Below are positions 9,701 through 18,234 of a DNA stretch of 64,000 nt, piece after piece. Under the pieces are notes generated by a model. It saw nothing but the letters and a program-made list of their open reading frames with translations, was not told the DNA's origin and made no database searches. The position numbers were made by a program, and so were the translations under genes. The stretch is taken from positions 11,126 through 75,125 of IMG/VR virus record IMGVR_UViG_3300042566_001051; one strand, given 5' to 3'. Positions within the stretch are counted from its first letter, which is position 1; every line of letters starts with the position of its first letter. The DNA is from a virus.

Positions 9701-10175
9701 CCTTCTTGCCGTCGGCCCCGACCAGCGCGCCGCCTGTACCGGAATACTTCGCAAGCGCCAGCTTTTCCTCTGGCGTCAGCCGGGACGGATCAATCTCGCC
9801 GGAATCGATGCGCGACAAAAGAGACATCGCGGCCGCGTTGTCCTTCTTGCGCTGGGCTGGCTTGCGGTTCGGGTCGAATTCGTAATACTGCGCCGTCTGG
9901 TTGCGCGGCGCCTGCGGCTCTTCGCCGCCTTCCTGCCGCTGTGAAACCGGTTCCGCGCGGGCGGCATTGGCGCCAAGATCGACGCGAATCTGGTTGGCTC
10001 TGGACGCCAGTTTCAGGCGTTTGACGGAGGCCAGCGGGCCGTCGCCGACATCCTTCAGGCCAACCTTGATCTTGGCAAGTTCGCCGACCAGCTTCAGGCG
10101 GGCCAGCAGCCCGCCGCTTCCGACGGCATCATCAAAGGCGATTCGATTCAGCATTTCTCGTTCTTCCTCATGCAA
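3744..10175 (-). CDS. darB: DarB-like protein (N6-adenine methyltransferase plus SF2/SNF2 helicase)
   Basis: EYYTPKPIAEGVW, VLDPCAGVGIF, NVPFG MTase motifs; GVGLGKT, DEAH, TATP, QRNGRGVRQGN helicase motifs; 2143 aa. Confidence 0.9.
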   Translation of the reverse strand: MHEEEREMLNRIAFDDAVGSGGLLARLKLVGELAKIKVGLKDVGDGPLASVKRLKLASRANQIRVDLGANAARAEPVSQRQEGGEEPQAPRNQTAQYYEFDPNRKPAQRKKDNAAAMSLLSRIDSGEIDPSRLTPEEKLALAKYSGTGGALVGADGKKGSAYEYYTPKPIAEGVWELMSELGFQGGKVLDPCAGVGIFGATAPLSAAIDAVELNETSGRINGLVNAGPGYTATVAPFEKVAAGTPDEQYDAIVTNVPFGGVADRGGNQLHDNRYQKEPLQNYFILRSLEKLKPGGLAVFITPPRCVSGKGGKEEELRVKASYAAEFLGAYRLPNAVFGTASADTMTDVIAFRKYSRETLDKIAELREQSPQSLIDANVQWQPFIEGRYFDGEGKRFVLGDFVPKDPNKFRDVDRVITQASVGEIGKMLKRFPDSRVNWDLLGTVETTPIIYRDGDTITQSGQTLQMQGGRWVPMMRSEESADAAELVGKLKTPYSAFESRVTWIEAEKCVDYMIETSQSLDIPAWLRGAMAEIRRLKDAGERAQFWNAGIVGMSVAQVLEERLGEEIGVNFAEEYPALTDAMQRVSVAAKKRPSVLGGKVKEGLATIGNHYQKKTGFSAVWRGDVQQQAPTVEITADSSFEGLRYKTKSIWAGMDEAKAIYGDGFEPYEDPAWCVSPDGKSVTRADDYYVGNYADFLKRADADIAAATDEKIRAKLLRQKLDAAARIDKVDVSKLTFNLFSPHVTLEEKAEFLRRFVHPSASVIYDEKTGEKRVDIDVPGSKLTDREKLLNRIGDYLKNGTITLGGAKLGMDDAKALQELRKMVNTANEQFNGWVRGNRAIVSRLESVASDPEKLRFRSVSDESPLPVPGLNPELKLHGYQNAFVRLQGREFGGGNGDGVGLGKTFQGLVAVQYAQSIGVKTKTLFVVPNSVLSNWRKEAMRAYSSTDDCLFVGLREGKGGKPVVSSSNFDADLTAVMENRHSKIFMTLEAFERIRLRDETIASYEQFMRKADASFAESEDKKEDERAKGKQAGLLSFLSNKSGSAPYLEDMGVDSIVFDEAHVFKNSAQTVDFKAAKFLSLSPASKRGIDAQAKSWLIRGKSELKDGVLMLTATPITNSPLEIYAMLSLAIGHERVNDMCLGIKGADNFMEMMCAKENQDDVTMDGVARTTDVFVGLNNVGVLRKALSSAFTIRSAEDVGEQIVVPDREEKATPVTLPKDIVDRLKLYKGAFRWAIDEISEKSPNRGDKGAFDEVSRHFGEEMALVGHPFNLINKMTLLIADPELDQRATFYSFIAAQADKAKAAIEQFNAKRFSEDRPRPSPMTDESAIVGRKTTKDAAGNESELLKIEVRAKAIDGNRVAIDTIDPDTQSAFEAIAEKLGLDLDVSVPPKLAAMLENFQHEQATPRGIDESGGKSPIVKQIVFCDILPLHNKIKRLLSKRAGVPSGAVAVITGKTNNAPDEIMAVQDGFNAGGEDNKYRVVIANEKAEVGINLQKGTQAIHHLTIGWTPDSLEQRNGRGVRQGNKTARVSLYYYDADGTFDTSKRAMVNKKADWISQVMDVNGSDSVAVTGGLSKEQMEALIDVVGDADAMRRMQETIAAKEAASRASSNRDRQMINIDTIRKQNAFLSENPTPANFIIRKIIGLWNMEKQAGMLRDRINNPKATATAVAKNESLLAELMASIGGLRRQIEGSATIYRSEWRAGGQSKETVSLDSFFTAVRGGKKQKDDDIESMLLGKIWPTFGIDAIDGGTISNEWQSEVDMAKSMIDESKSSFFRQAEESGAYPAAVADAIANGNGIVYNGKPLLHGAFVRLGSGLAVLTLVNGRPGAFGRSRDGSPLADRDIMAGEWIYQGSAEYDACITEAAEIEDRINEGGTVENGFNKVVPEVAQRRKVEAIAAYSAHEYQLPQPHFPFVILPNDADKTPAMRSIFDSQASVIKSFDSGSFVVSSSLAVERRQHGSSSESKFDALREYAAATGVKLTIADFDDFDIWLQKQIEKTVSLDNLKAALTGESEPEIREQAASFMQGAASWFDYKGKDPASDYLPWAYKSAIEAAVSKALSGSAPKGNLPTDVVGIKGNTKPWKETIKNCANLAGFGKFKWDGDALVWNVYRSTWDYLVSTYPRAAEQLELADATRSI

Positions 10176-13100
10176 GTTCAGCGGTGGCGGCCATCATGGC
10201 GTTCTGGTAGGCACTCACGGCCTGCTCGAACAGGCTGACAAGCGCGGGGTCGGTTTGCTGGCGGTAATAGGCGGCCTCCAGTGAGTCGGCCAGTTCAGGC
10301 GCAAGAATGTCAGGGACGTTGCCGTCGATCACGGACTGGAACAGCGCCTGGTCTGCTTGCTTTTGCCGGTCTTCGGGCGAAGCTTCTGGCGCGGCCTCCT
10401 GCGTAGCGGGCTCGCCCTTGCTCTTGATCTGACCGATGGTCTTTGGCGAGAAGTGGAAATCAAGCTCAACGCCGGCGCTGATGAGTTCTTCGATGCTGAT
10501 GTAGCCAAGCTCGCCGCCATAACCCAAGTCAGCCAAGCCGAAAGCCTGCTGGGTGCCTTTGCCTTCCATGTCCTTTTCGGTGATGTACCAGTCAGCGGCA
10601 CCCCTGAAGTAGTGGAGGTGCGCTACAGCAGAATCTCCCATTCCGTCCTGGTCGTAGGTCTTGGGCATGGCGGCGATGACGCCGGCCAGTTCTTTCATCT
10701 TGTCCGCGAAGAACTGCCATTCTTCGCCCATGAGTCCGGCGATCACGGCCTTGTTCTGACCTTCCGACATCCAGACGTTCATGCCGGTATCGGTCAGCAT
10801 CTTGAGCGCGGACGCGCGATCTTTTGCCGGTCCTTCAATCGCCTCGGGCACCGCGTTCGCTGCCTTGGTGGAAAATAGGGCGTCAATCATCGCTGCTGCA
10901 TCCTCATCGGAATAGGTTGCCTCCGTGCCGGATGGGAATACGACGCGCTGGTCGCCGGACGCGCCGACGAACACCATTGCCTTGCCGTCGCCGCCAATGT
11001 CGATACGCCCAACCACTTCTCCGCCCTTCTTGACTTTGCCGACATAGCCGTCGGAATCAACGCCGTCGAGCGAGACGGAATCGAAGCCGTCGCGTGGCTG
11101 GTTGTCGATATGCGGATACTTGGCTTTCATTTCAGGCGTGCGCAGCAGGTTCCGCGCGCCGGTATGGCGAATGCGCTTGGTCAGGTAGTCGCTGATGGTG
11201 CGAGCGTCGTGGGCATAGTCAGCCAGGCGCTTGTCCTGCTCCGGCGTCAGATCGGGAATGCCGGCCTTGCGGTTGATGGCGATGTCGATAAGGCTGCGCA
11301 AGCGGCGCTTGGCCTCTTCCTTGTCCATGACATCGCCGGCCGCCGTCCATCCGTATGCCGATTCAGGAACCTTCGCAAACTTGGCGTCCGATGCGATGAA
11401 GTCGCGGAAATACTGGAGCAATGCCTTGGTCGCGGAAATGGCCTGCTTTTCGACGCCAAGGTAGGCGCCGTCGGCGCTGTCCAGGGTCGCGGATTCCGCC
11501 TCGAACAGCCCGCCAATTTCCTCTTCGCTCGGGCCGTAGTCAGCCTCGGAAAGGATTCCGATGGCCTCCTTGATGCTGTCGGAGACTTCGGCCTCAAGGT
11601 TGGCCTGGCCGATATTCCCCTCGGCGCGATTGATCGGCTCGTTGGTGGCAACAACATCAAGCGCGCGCTCAAGCTCGGCAACGGCAGCGCCTACGCCGTC
11701 CAGCGCCGCACCGGAGAACATCCCCCAATCGACACTGGCGCCGTTACGCTGGGCCGCTTGATCCATTTCCTTGGCTGTGACGAACGGGGAGTATTCTGGC
11801 TTGTCCAGGTAGTCGGCGAGCCACGCCTTGAATTCGTCCGTTGCGCTGGCGAACTGATAGGCCGCATCAACACTCACTGCCTTGTCTCCGTCCGCATTTC
11901 CGACTGGTTCAATGGCGCCGACTGATTCAAGCGCTTTGCGCAGTCCGCCGAATGCCATTGCCGCCTTCAGGAAGCCGTTGAAGCTGCGGTTGTTGACGTA
12001 GCGGAGCGCGCTCCCCTTCTTCATGCCGTAGATCGTTGCTGCGCCCTTCTTGCCGGTGCCGGCCTCGTCGTATCCTTCGGCAAACTGGCGCAACAGGTAC
12101 TGCTGCCCATCAACCACGTCGGCGCCGTCTCGCACCTTCATGCTCTTCAGCCAGCCCCAGGAATCCCTGACGCCTTCCTCAGCCTTGCGAGCCTGCCACG
12201 CCGCATCTTTAGCGGCCTCAATCTCGGCGCGCTTCTCGGCTGTGATGCCAGCCCATTCGTCGATCTGCTTGGCGCGCTCCTTCTGAGTCTTTGCCAGCTT
12301 GAAGCCTGCCGCCCGTTCGAAAATCTCCATGCTGGCCTTGTTGCTGTCGCTGCCAACGCCGGCCAGGATGCTGCGCAGCGCCTCGGCGTCCTTTTCATTG
12401 ACGGCGGTGACGACGCGGGAAACCCAGTCGCTACGCTGCCCCATGTCGATGCCGTGCTTGCGATAGATGGCGCGGGCCGCGTCTTCAAGTGAAGCGTCTT
12501 CAGGAAGGGCTGCAAGCTCCGCCTTGCCTGCCTCGATCAGTTTTTCCTTGGCGATGGCTTGAATCTTGTCCATTGCCTCGCGGTAGGCATCCATTGCCTT
12601 GCTTTGTGCCTGGAATTCCTCGGTTTCAGTGACACCAGACAGGCGGGAATCCCATGTCTTCATGCCGGCCGCCTCCAGAGCATCGCGGGCCTTGATAATC
12701 GGCCGTTCGCTGTTGGCGGCGCTTTGCAGCTTCTGGATTTCTGCCGTCGCGCTGGCGTTGTCGACGATCCCTTCCCAATTCACGGCAGCCACGGCGGCAT
12801 TGACCATCGCCGCCTCTTCTCCCCACGCCTTGATGTAGGCGTCGATCAGGGCCTGTTCGTTTGAAGCAGGGGCGCCTTCTGCCTGAAGCGGCGGGAGCCC
12901 AAACCCCTCGCGCCAGCGGTTCTCGTTCTGCTCCTTGTCTCCAATCTTGGTTATCGCGGCATAGCTGCGCTCCATGTCTTCGATCATGCTTGCCTTGGTA
13001 TCGCTCTTGAACCCTGCTCCGTTGCCGTCAGCGGGGTTCATCTCCTTGCCGTTTTCCAAGACGCGAACGCCCCATACCCGCTGTTTCCCTTGCCTGATCT

Positions 13101-14886
13101 TGACGGCGAAAGCTTGGAATTTGACGGAGCCGACAGAGAACACATCGGGCGACTCATCCTGTTCGCCGGATTTCTGTGTCAGTTCGGCCAGCAGGGCGTC
13201 ATCATCGGCTGCGGTCAGCGTGCTGGTGTCCTCGGCCACGGTGTATCCGGCCTTGCGCAGTTGCTCAATGGTTGGCTCGGCATGTGCTGCCAGCACCTTG
13301 CCGCCCTCGGCTCCCGGTGTGGCATTGATGATGTTCCACGCCTTTTCGCCTTCCGGCGTGTCCGGGAAGAACGACGTAAAGAGGCCGTCGGCGCTGTTGC
13401 GATAGGTGATGTCGGGCTTCTGCTGCGCAGACTTTGCGGAGGCTTCCGGCACGACAGAGGCAATAGCCTTTTCAACGTCATCCGGGTGGTTTTCAAGAAT
13501 CTTGTCGATGGCAGCAAATCGGCCTAGCTTCAGGGTAACAACCGTCACCAGCGACGGGCTTGCGCCGACTTGCGTGATCTGCTCGTCAGTCATGCCTTCG
13601 AGGATGGCGCGAGCCGCTTCCTCTCGCTTGGCAAGTGCAGCCTGCTCTTCGTCCGTCAGCAGTGTGCGGGCCGGCGCAGTCTCAGCGGCCACTTTTGCCA
13701 CTTCGAGTTCATGCTGCGCCGTCGCCAACTCGGTTTCCAGCGTGGTGATTTCATCCTTCAGCGCCTGGATTCCCTGCATGCGCTCCGCGCGCTTGGTGTT
13801 GGCGCGCTGGAATGCCGGGCTGTTTTTCTCGGCAAGCCGAATGATGCGGCGTGCAACTTCGCGGACATTGAGGTCTTCGCCGCGCTCGGGCGCCACAACG
13901 ATGGTGATGTCCTTCTTGTTCAGGAGCCACTTCCACGAGATAACCTCATCACTCGCCGCCATCTTGTTCGGCGTCACGTCCGGGTTGTGGAAGAAGATCG
14001 AAACGGTTTGGCCGTCGGATAGCTCGAAAATGGCTGCCACGTTGGCGACGCCGCGCTGCTTGAATGGCTCGGTAACCTGCATGGCAACCGGCTTGACGGA
14101 CTCGCCAGAGCGAACCATGACGCCCTGTAGAACCTCCATCTTCCGCTCCAGCTTGGCGTATGGCGTCACCAGTGCATCAAACGCCAGGGCGCCGTCGGCG
14201 TCTTCAATGATGTCCTTGGCGCTCACAGCGTCCAGCAATAGGCTTTCGCCAGCGTCTGATCGCCGGATTTCGTACAGCACTTGGTCAAGGGTCTGGTCGT
14301 AGGGCAGCGCTTCGCTGTTCCATTGCACTTTGCGGGTCATGGTTTCGAGTCCTTCGTGAGGGAGATTTTCAGCACGCAGCGGCCGGCGCATGTCTCCATT
14401 CTTGAGCCACCACTTGAGTTGAGAAACGGATAGGGAAACGACGCTGGCGAGGCCATTCCAGCCGCGCTCGTAACTGTCCAGGTAGGCGCGCCGCGCGGAC
14501 TCTTCGTCCGGGTAAGCAAGCATCACCTTGTGCTCGTCGAACTTTCCGCCGACGTTCTGGTTGATGACGAATGCCGCCTGGGATTGGGGGTAGAAGCCGA
14601 TGAAGCAATCAACGCAGTCGCCGTCGTTGCCTTTTGTGCCGTTGATGTAGCCGTAGTGGGCCGCCATCCGGCTTGCCCAGCGCTTTCCGGTCTTGGAATC
14701 GATCCCGGTTCGATAGCTGCCGCGCGGCTGCTCGATGGCAATGGCCAGGCCGTAGATGTTGGCCCGGCCTACCTTGTAATTTCCAGAGAGGCATTGCGCC
14801 TCGGTCGGCGCCGGAATCGGGTTATCCCCGAAGGCGCCGCCGTGGGCGGCAGTCTCGATCTGAAGGAAGGTGGAATCGGCGCTCAT
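10168..14886 (-). CDS. darA: DarA-like polyvalent internal head protein
   Basis: InPase-like N-terminus (GNYKVG...YGYINGTKGNDGDCVDCFIG...FDEHKVMLAY), DarA_N-like (FELSDGQTVSIFFHNPD...WLLNKKDIT), DUF2958-like (WYITE...AFGLADLGYGGELGYISIEEL), DarA_C-like (ADQALFQSVIDG). Confidence 0.8.
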   Translation of the reverse strand: MSADSTFLQIETAAHGGAFGDNPIPAPTEAQCLSGNYKVGRANIYGLAIAIEQPRGSYRTGIDSKTGKRWASRMAAHYGYINGTKGNDGDCVDCFIGFYPQSQAAFVINQNVGGKFDEHKVMLAYPDEESARRAYLDSYERGWNGLASVVSLSVSQLKWWLKNGDMRRPLRAENLPHEGLETMTRKVQWNSEALPYDQTLDQVLYEIRRSDAGESLLLDAVSAKDIIEDADGALAFDALVTPYAKLERKMEVLQGVMVRSGESVKPVAMQVTEPFKQRGVANVAAIFELSDGQTVSIFFHNPDVTPNKMAASDEVISWKWLLNKKDITIVVAPERGEDLNVREVARRIIRLAEKNSPAFQRANTKRAERMQGIQALKDEITTLETELATAQHELEVAKVAAETAPARTLLTDEEQAALAKREEAARAILEGMTDEQITQVGASPSLVTVVTLKLGRFAAIDKILENHPDDVEKAIASVVPEASAKSAQQKPDITYRNSADGLFTSFFPDTPEGEKAWNIINATPGAEGGKVLAAHAEPTIEQLRKAGYTVAEDTSTLTAADDDALLAELTQKSGEQDESPDVFSVGSVKFQAFAVKIRQGKQRVWGVRVLENGKEMNPADGNGAGFKSDTKASMIEDMERSYAAITKIGDKEQNENRWREGFGLPPLQAEGAPASNEQALIDAYIKAWGEEAAMVNAAVAAVNWEGIVDNASATAEIQKLQSAANSERPIIKARDALEAAGMKTWDSRLSGVTETEEFQAQSKAMDAYREAMDKIQAIAKEKLIEAGKAELAALPEDASLEDAARAIYRKHGIDMGQRSDWVSRVVTAVNEKDAEALRSILAGVGSDSNKASMEIFERAAGFKLAKTQKERAKQIDEWAGITAEKRAEIEAAKDAAWQARKAEEGVRDSWGWLKSMKVRDGADVVDGQQYLLRQFAEGYDEAGTGKKGAATIYGMKKGSALRYVNNRSFNGFLKAAMAFGGLRKALESVGAIEPVGNADGDKAVSVDAAYQFASATDEFKAWLADYLDKPEYSPFVTAKEMDQAAQRNGASVDWGMFSGAALDGVGAAVAELERALDVVATNEPINRAEGNIGQANLEAEVSDSIKEAIGILSEADYGPSEEEIGGLFEAESATLDSADGAYLGVEKQAISATKALLQYFRDFIASDAKFAKVPESAYGWTAAGDVMDKEEAKRRLRSLIDIAINRKAGIPDLTPEQDKRLADYAHDARTISDYLTKRIRHTGARNLLRTPEMKAKYPHIDNQPRDGFDSVSLDGVDSDGYVGKVKKGGEVVGRIDIGGDGKAMVFVGASGDQRVVFPSGTEATYSDEDAAAMIDALFSTKAANAVPEAIEGPAKDRASALKMLTDTGMNVWMSEGQNKAVIAGLMGEEWQFFADKMKELAGVIAAMPKTYDQDGMGDSAVAHLHYFRGAADWYITEKDMEGKGTQQAFGLADLGYGGELGYISIEELISAGVELDFHFSPKTIGQIKSKGEPATQEAAPEASPEDRQKQADQALFQSVIDGNVPDILAPELADSLEAAYYRQQTDPALVSLFEQAVSAYQNAMMAATAELA

Positions 14887-14893
14887 GCACGGC

Positions 14894-14935
14894 ATGGTAT
14901 GCCGCGCGCAACAGCCCGATTGGCGAGGTTTTCCG
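14894..14935 (-). promoter_or_regulatory. Candidate late promoter upstream of darA
   Basis: CGGAAAAC-N28-TACCAT with internal AATCGGGC. Confidence 0.6.
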
Positions 14936-14936
14936 C

Positions 14937-15428
14937 TTACGCAGCGGCGGTTTTGACCGCTGTCAGTCCAGATATTTCGGAGCGGACGGCGGCAATCGCC
15001 GACTTCAGTGCGTCGCGCTTGTCGGTGAGAACCTGCTCCATTTTTGGCGCTGCCGTGCGGATGCCGGCGGGAGGCTTCACCTTGGCCGCTGCAAGAATCT
15101 TCTGGAACTTCGAGCGGCCGGCATCCATCGCCTGAACAATCTCAGCGATAGCCTTGACGTGATCGTCCTGATTCTTGATTGGCAGCACCTTGCCGTTCAG
15201 CAGCACTTGGAAAATGTCGCCGCTCTGCTTGATGCGCAGCACGACGGTCTGGGAGTCGGCAAAGGTGAGCGCCATTTCGCGGTAGGTGACGCCGGATGAT
15301 CGCTTGAGCGCGGACGGGATGTCCTGCTGCACGACGTTGGCGCCGGCGCGCGAGAAGTAGCGGATGGCTTGCTTGGCCGCCTTATCCTTGGCCGTCAGGT
15401 CTTCGAAGCTGAAAAGTAGATTCTTCAT
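14937..15428 (-). CDS. hdf: Hdf-like protein (DarA N-terminal homologue)
   Basis: KRSSGV...LTFADSQTVVLRIKQSGDIFQVLLNGKVLP; directly upstream of darA as in P1. Confidence 0.7.
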   Translation of the reverse strand: MKNLLFSFEDLTAKDKAAKQAIRYFSRAGANVVQQDIPSALKRSSGVTYREMALTFADSQTVVLRIKQSGDIFQVLLNGKVLPIKNQDDHVKAIAEIVQAMDAGRSKFQKILAAAKVKPPAGIRTAAPKMEQVLTDKRDALKSAIAAVRSEISGLTAVKTAAA

Positions 15429-15718
15429 TATGCGTTATCCTCACAAAAAACATCCGGGCTTCCAGTCATGCAGAACGATCCGCAATCAACAGGATCGCCG
15501 ATTCGCGCAAGGTCTAGGCCGTTTACAAAAACCGTTGGGCTACCTTTTGCCAGGTTTCCACCGTGACATGGCGGGCAGCAGTGAACTGCCCAATCGTCTG
15601 TTCGTCGGTGGATTCCCAGGCCGTTAACAAATACGTCCGCGCTGGCCTGGATGTTTGGCCGAGAAGGCCAGCAACCGTGTCCGGTACAGATGTCGGTGTG
15701 CCTATGAACCGCCGGCAT
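15428..15718 (-). CDS. PAAR spike-tip protein
   Basis: MPAVHRHTDICTGHGCWPSRP...SADVFVNG...GSPTVFVNGLDLARIGDPVDCGS...GSPDVF. Confidence 0.9.
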   Translation of the reverse strand: MPAVHRHTDICTGHGCWPSRPNIQASADVFVNGLGIHRRTDDWAVHCCPPCHGGNLAKGSPTVFVNGLDLARIGDPVDCGSFCMTGSPDVFCEDNA

Positions 15719-15887
15719 CTTTGACAAGCTCCATGTAGCGGTCGTAAATCTTCGACCCCTCCATTGACGCCATCTGCATTGCCTCTGAGCGCACAACGGA
15801 ATTCTTTTGACATACCGCCGTTTGCTCCATTGCGGCCGCAATTCGTTCGAGCGCAACAGCAACTCTCTCAATCATCGCGTCGCTCAC
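15702..15887 (-). CDS. Small hypothetical protein between spike and PAAR
   Basis: 61-aa ORF overlapping both neighbours. Confidence 0.5.
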   Translation of the reverse strand: MSDAMIERVAVALERIAAAMEQTAVCQKNSVVRSEAMQMASMEGSKIYDRYMELVKDAGGS

Positions 15888-16447
15888 GTTTCCCCCTTCT
15901 TGGTCAGGTCGTCGCTACCTATCTTCCTGAAAATCTTCCCGCCTCCCCAGGCCGCAATCGCCTTAACTGCTTCCATCCACGGATAAGTGATTGCGGCAAG
16001 GAATGGCCTTGGGTGCGGCAGGTTGTAGTCGATACGGGCTGCGTCAATCCAGATATTGTCTGGCGTCATAATTACCGTACTTGACGCGCCACCCGTTCCG
16101 CAAACCAGCCTCAATTCCTGATCGGCGATCAGCTCAATATTCTTATGGTGCCAGCGCCTCCAATCGGTCGAATTTCCGGTTCTTGGGTTTCTTGCGCCAG
16201 TGATGACTGGGTAGCGCGGATCGCCGCCGACAAAGGCAACCCAAACGGCATCATCCGGGTTGATCTCTATTTCAGTTTCCCAAAATCCAGCGCGCGACTT
16301 GTCGCCTATTGGGTACTCGATTTCAGCTTCAGGTAGAACGTCCGCGCCGTCAGTCAATCCTGGGATTTCGATTCTGCAAGTTCTCCGTTCCTGGTCGTAG
16401 GATTTGACGATGGCCGGATAGCGCCCCGGCATGAGTCCGTATTCCAT
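15884..16447 (-). CDS. Baseplate spike (gpV/gp5 OB-fold, P1 gp5-like)
   Basis: GRYPAIVKSYD...RIEIPGLTDG...PEAEIEYPIG...VWVAFVGGDPRYPVITG. Confidence 0.8.
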   Translation of the reverse strand: MEYGLMPGRYPAIVKSYDQERRTCRIEIPGLTDGADVLPEAEIEYPIGDKSRAGFWETEIEINPDDAVWVAFVGGDPRYPVITGARNPRTGNSTDWRRWHHKNIELIADQELRLVCGTGGASSTVIMTPDNIWIDAARIDYNLPHPRPFLAAITYPWMEAVKAIAAWGGGKIFRKIGSDDLTKKGET

Positions 16448-17346
16448 TACCCCTCCAGACTGCCCAGCCAAAGCCGGGTATAGGTGTTGCTGGCGCCGCC
16501 GTCGTCCGTGCCGCTCTCGAAGACATGCGCCGCCGTGATGATGCAGAGCTTGTCGCCGCCAACGAAATTGACAAGATCGCCGGCGACAATCTGCCCAGAA
16601 AAGTCGATTTTCGATGTCTTGCGATGCACCAGGCAGCGCGTCATATTGCGCAGGCGCTGGACATCCTTGAACGGCGCGTAGCGCACCGCCCTGGGCTTTT
16701 CTTGGTTGCCGAACACGAAGCCTGCGGTCTCGTTCAGAGAAAAGAACCACGGCACTTCGTGGCGCTCCAGGAACCCGCTATCAACATCATCTGATGCGTT
16801 GTTTGGAAGATCGAGAACCGGCTTCTGCTTAAACAGATCGGGCAGGCGGACAAATTGCAGGCGGCCGGACTTCCAGCGCACGGCGCCGCCTTCTTCCTGC
16901 AATACGCGGGCGATGTGGAACGTCGGTGTTTCTCCGACCGGGCAGTAGAAGCGCGGAACAGGGAAGTCAGCATCAACCGCCTTGATGGTCGCGCCGGCAG
17001 CCCGGTAGATCGCGGACAGGGCCGCGCTCTCCTTGATGATCGCCCGACTGCGCACAAAGGCTGCGCTGTGACACGAATCAAGCATGGCCGTGATGCGGAT
17101 CGCGGTCATTTCGCGTTCGCCTTGAGCGGCCCGGCCAACAGCCCTGACAGACTTCACGATACGCAGCGAATCCCCGGTTCCAACAGAAACAAGCTGCCCC
17201 TCGGCGAGCCGCTTCTCCATGTCGTCGTCGCCGGCGCGGATTTCAGCCTCAAGCGTCACCGGTATGGGCGCCAGGTCGTAACGAAGCGCGGCCGACTTGA
17301 TGAGGTCGCCGCGAATCTGCTTGCCGTCGGCGAGGAACAGAATCAC
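16447..17346 (-). CDS. P1 gp6-like tail/baseplate protein
   Basis: GKQIRGDLIKSAALRYDLAPIPVTLE resembles the P1 gp6 N-terminus; upstream of spike. Confidence 0.6.
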   Translation of the reverse strand: MILFLADGKQIRGDLIKSAALRYDLAPIPVTLEAEIRAGDDDMEKRLAEGQLVSVGTGDSLRIVKSVRAVGRAAQGEREMTAIRITAMLDSCHSAAFVRSRAIIKESAALSAIYRAAGATIKAVDADFPVPRFYCPVGETPTFHIARVLQEEGGAVRWKSGRLQFVRLPDLFKQKPVLDLPNNASDDVDSGFLERHEVPWFFSLNETAGFVFGNQEKPRAVRYAPFKDVQRLRNMTRCLVHRKTSKIDFSGQIVAGDLVNFVGGDKLCIITAAHVFESGTDDGGASNTYTRLWLGSLEG

Positions 17347-17350
17347 GCCG

Positions 17351-17734
17351 CTACACCGTTATGATGGGGCGAAAGAAGGCCCGGTGCGGTAGCTCCGCCT
17401 CGAACTGGAGAATATCTGCCGCCACCTCGCTTGAGGATCGCCCGAAAACATCCATGCCAAGGCCACGAGAAGCCTCAAGCTGCAATGCCGTCTCGCGTTC
17501 GACGTACAGCAGGAACAGCGGCCGAATCAGCGCCCATTCTGAGTTGCTGATTTCAGTGTCGCCAGAAACGTCAGGCGCAGGCGATACACCCGCATGGGCG
17601 CGCAGTTCTGCATACCCGGCATAGAGACGGGTTGCAGCCACGGCCTGAGCAAGAACGGAAGGCCCGTCCAGCAGATTGCCAGCCGGGCGCTCGTTCGTTG
17701 CGAAGTTATCCGCTAGGGCGGAAAGAGTTGCCAT
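17351..17734 (-). CDS. P1 UpfB-like virion protein
   Basis: EWALIRPL...LEASRGLGMDVFGRSSSE...LPHRAF resembles P1 UpfB from recall. Confidence 0.5.
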   Translation of the reverse strand: MATLSALADNFATNERPAGNLLDGPSVLAQAVAATRLYAGYAELRAHAGVSPAPDVSGDTEISNSEWALIRPLFLLYVERETALQLEASRGLGMDVFGRSSSEVAADILQFEAELPHRAFFRPIITV

Positions 17735-18234
17735 TACCGGTAGTCGCCGGAGTTACCAGGAACGACTTCGCCGAAGTAGTGGTAGAACAGCGTGCCGGAG
17801 AAGATCAGAATCTGGGAACGGTTCTCCCAATCGCGGTCTGGCGCGTCAAGCTGGATGAAGCAATCGACGATGCGCTTGGCCTTCAGGAACTTCTGAGGAG
17901 TGCCCTCGTAAATCTTGGCATTGAACGTGCCGCCCTTGGCGATCAGGCTGACCATCATGTTGTCGATGCTGCCAGCAACGGTCTCCATCATGGAAATCTG
18001 GCCCTGCTGCGCGATTTCGACTTGCTGCGGCTGCCACATTTTGGCGCCCATCGGCGTGGGAACTTCGATTTCACCAGCCGGAGAAATCTCAGGCCAAGGC
18101 GCCTGCTTGCACAGCAGGTAGTTCTGTTCGAAGCCCTCGATTTCGAACGTGAAGTCACTGGAAACAACCTTGGCGCCAAGCGCCTTGGTCGTGTCGTAAA
18201 AGCCTTTGAGGTAGGCGGCATTGGAAACGGTCAT
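17734..18234 (-). CDS. bplB: Tail tube protein (P1 BplB-like)
   Basis: YLKGFYDTTKALGAKVVSSDFTFEIEG...QISMMETVAG...IVDCFI, similar to P1 BplB; 166 aa. Confidence 0.65.
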   Translation of the reverse strand: MTVSNAAYLKGFYDTTKALGAKVVSSDFTFEIEGFEQNYLLCKQAPWPEISPAGEIEVPTPMGAKMWQPQQVEIAQQGQISMMETVAGSIDNMMVSLIAKGGTFNAKIYEGTPQKFLKAKRIVDCFIQLDAPDRDWENRSQILIFSGTLFYHYFGEVVPGNSGDYR

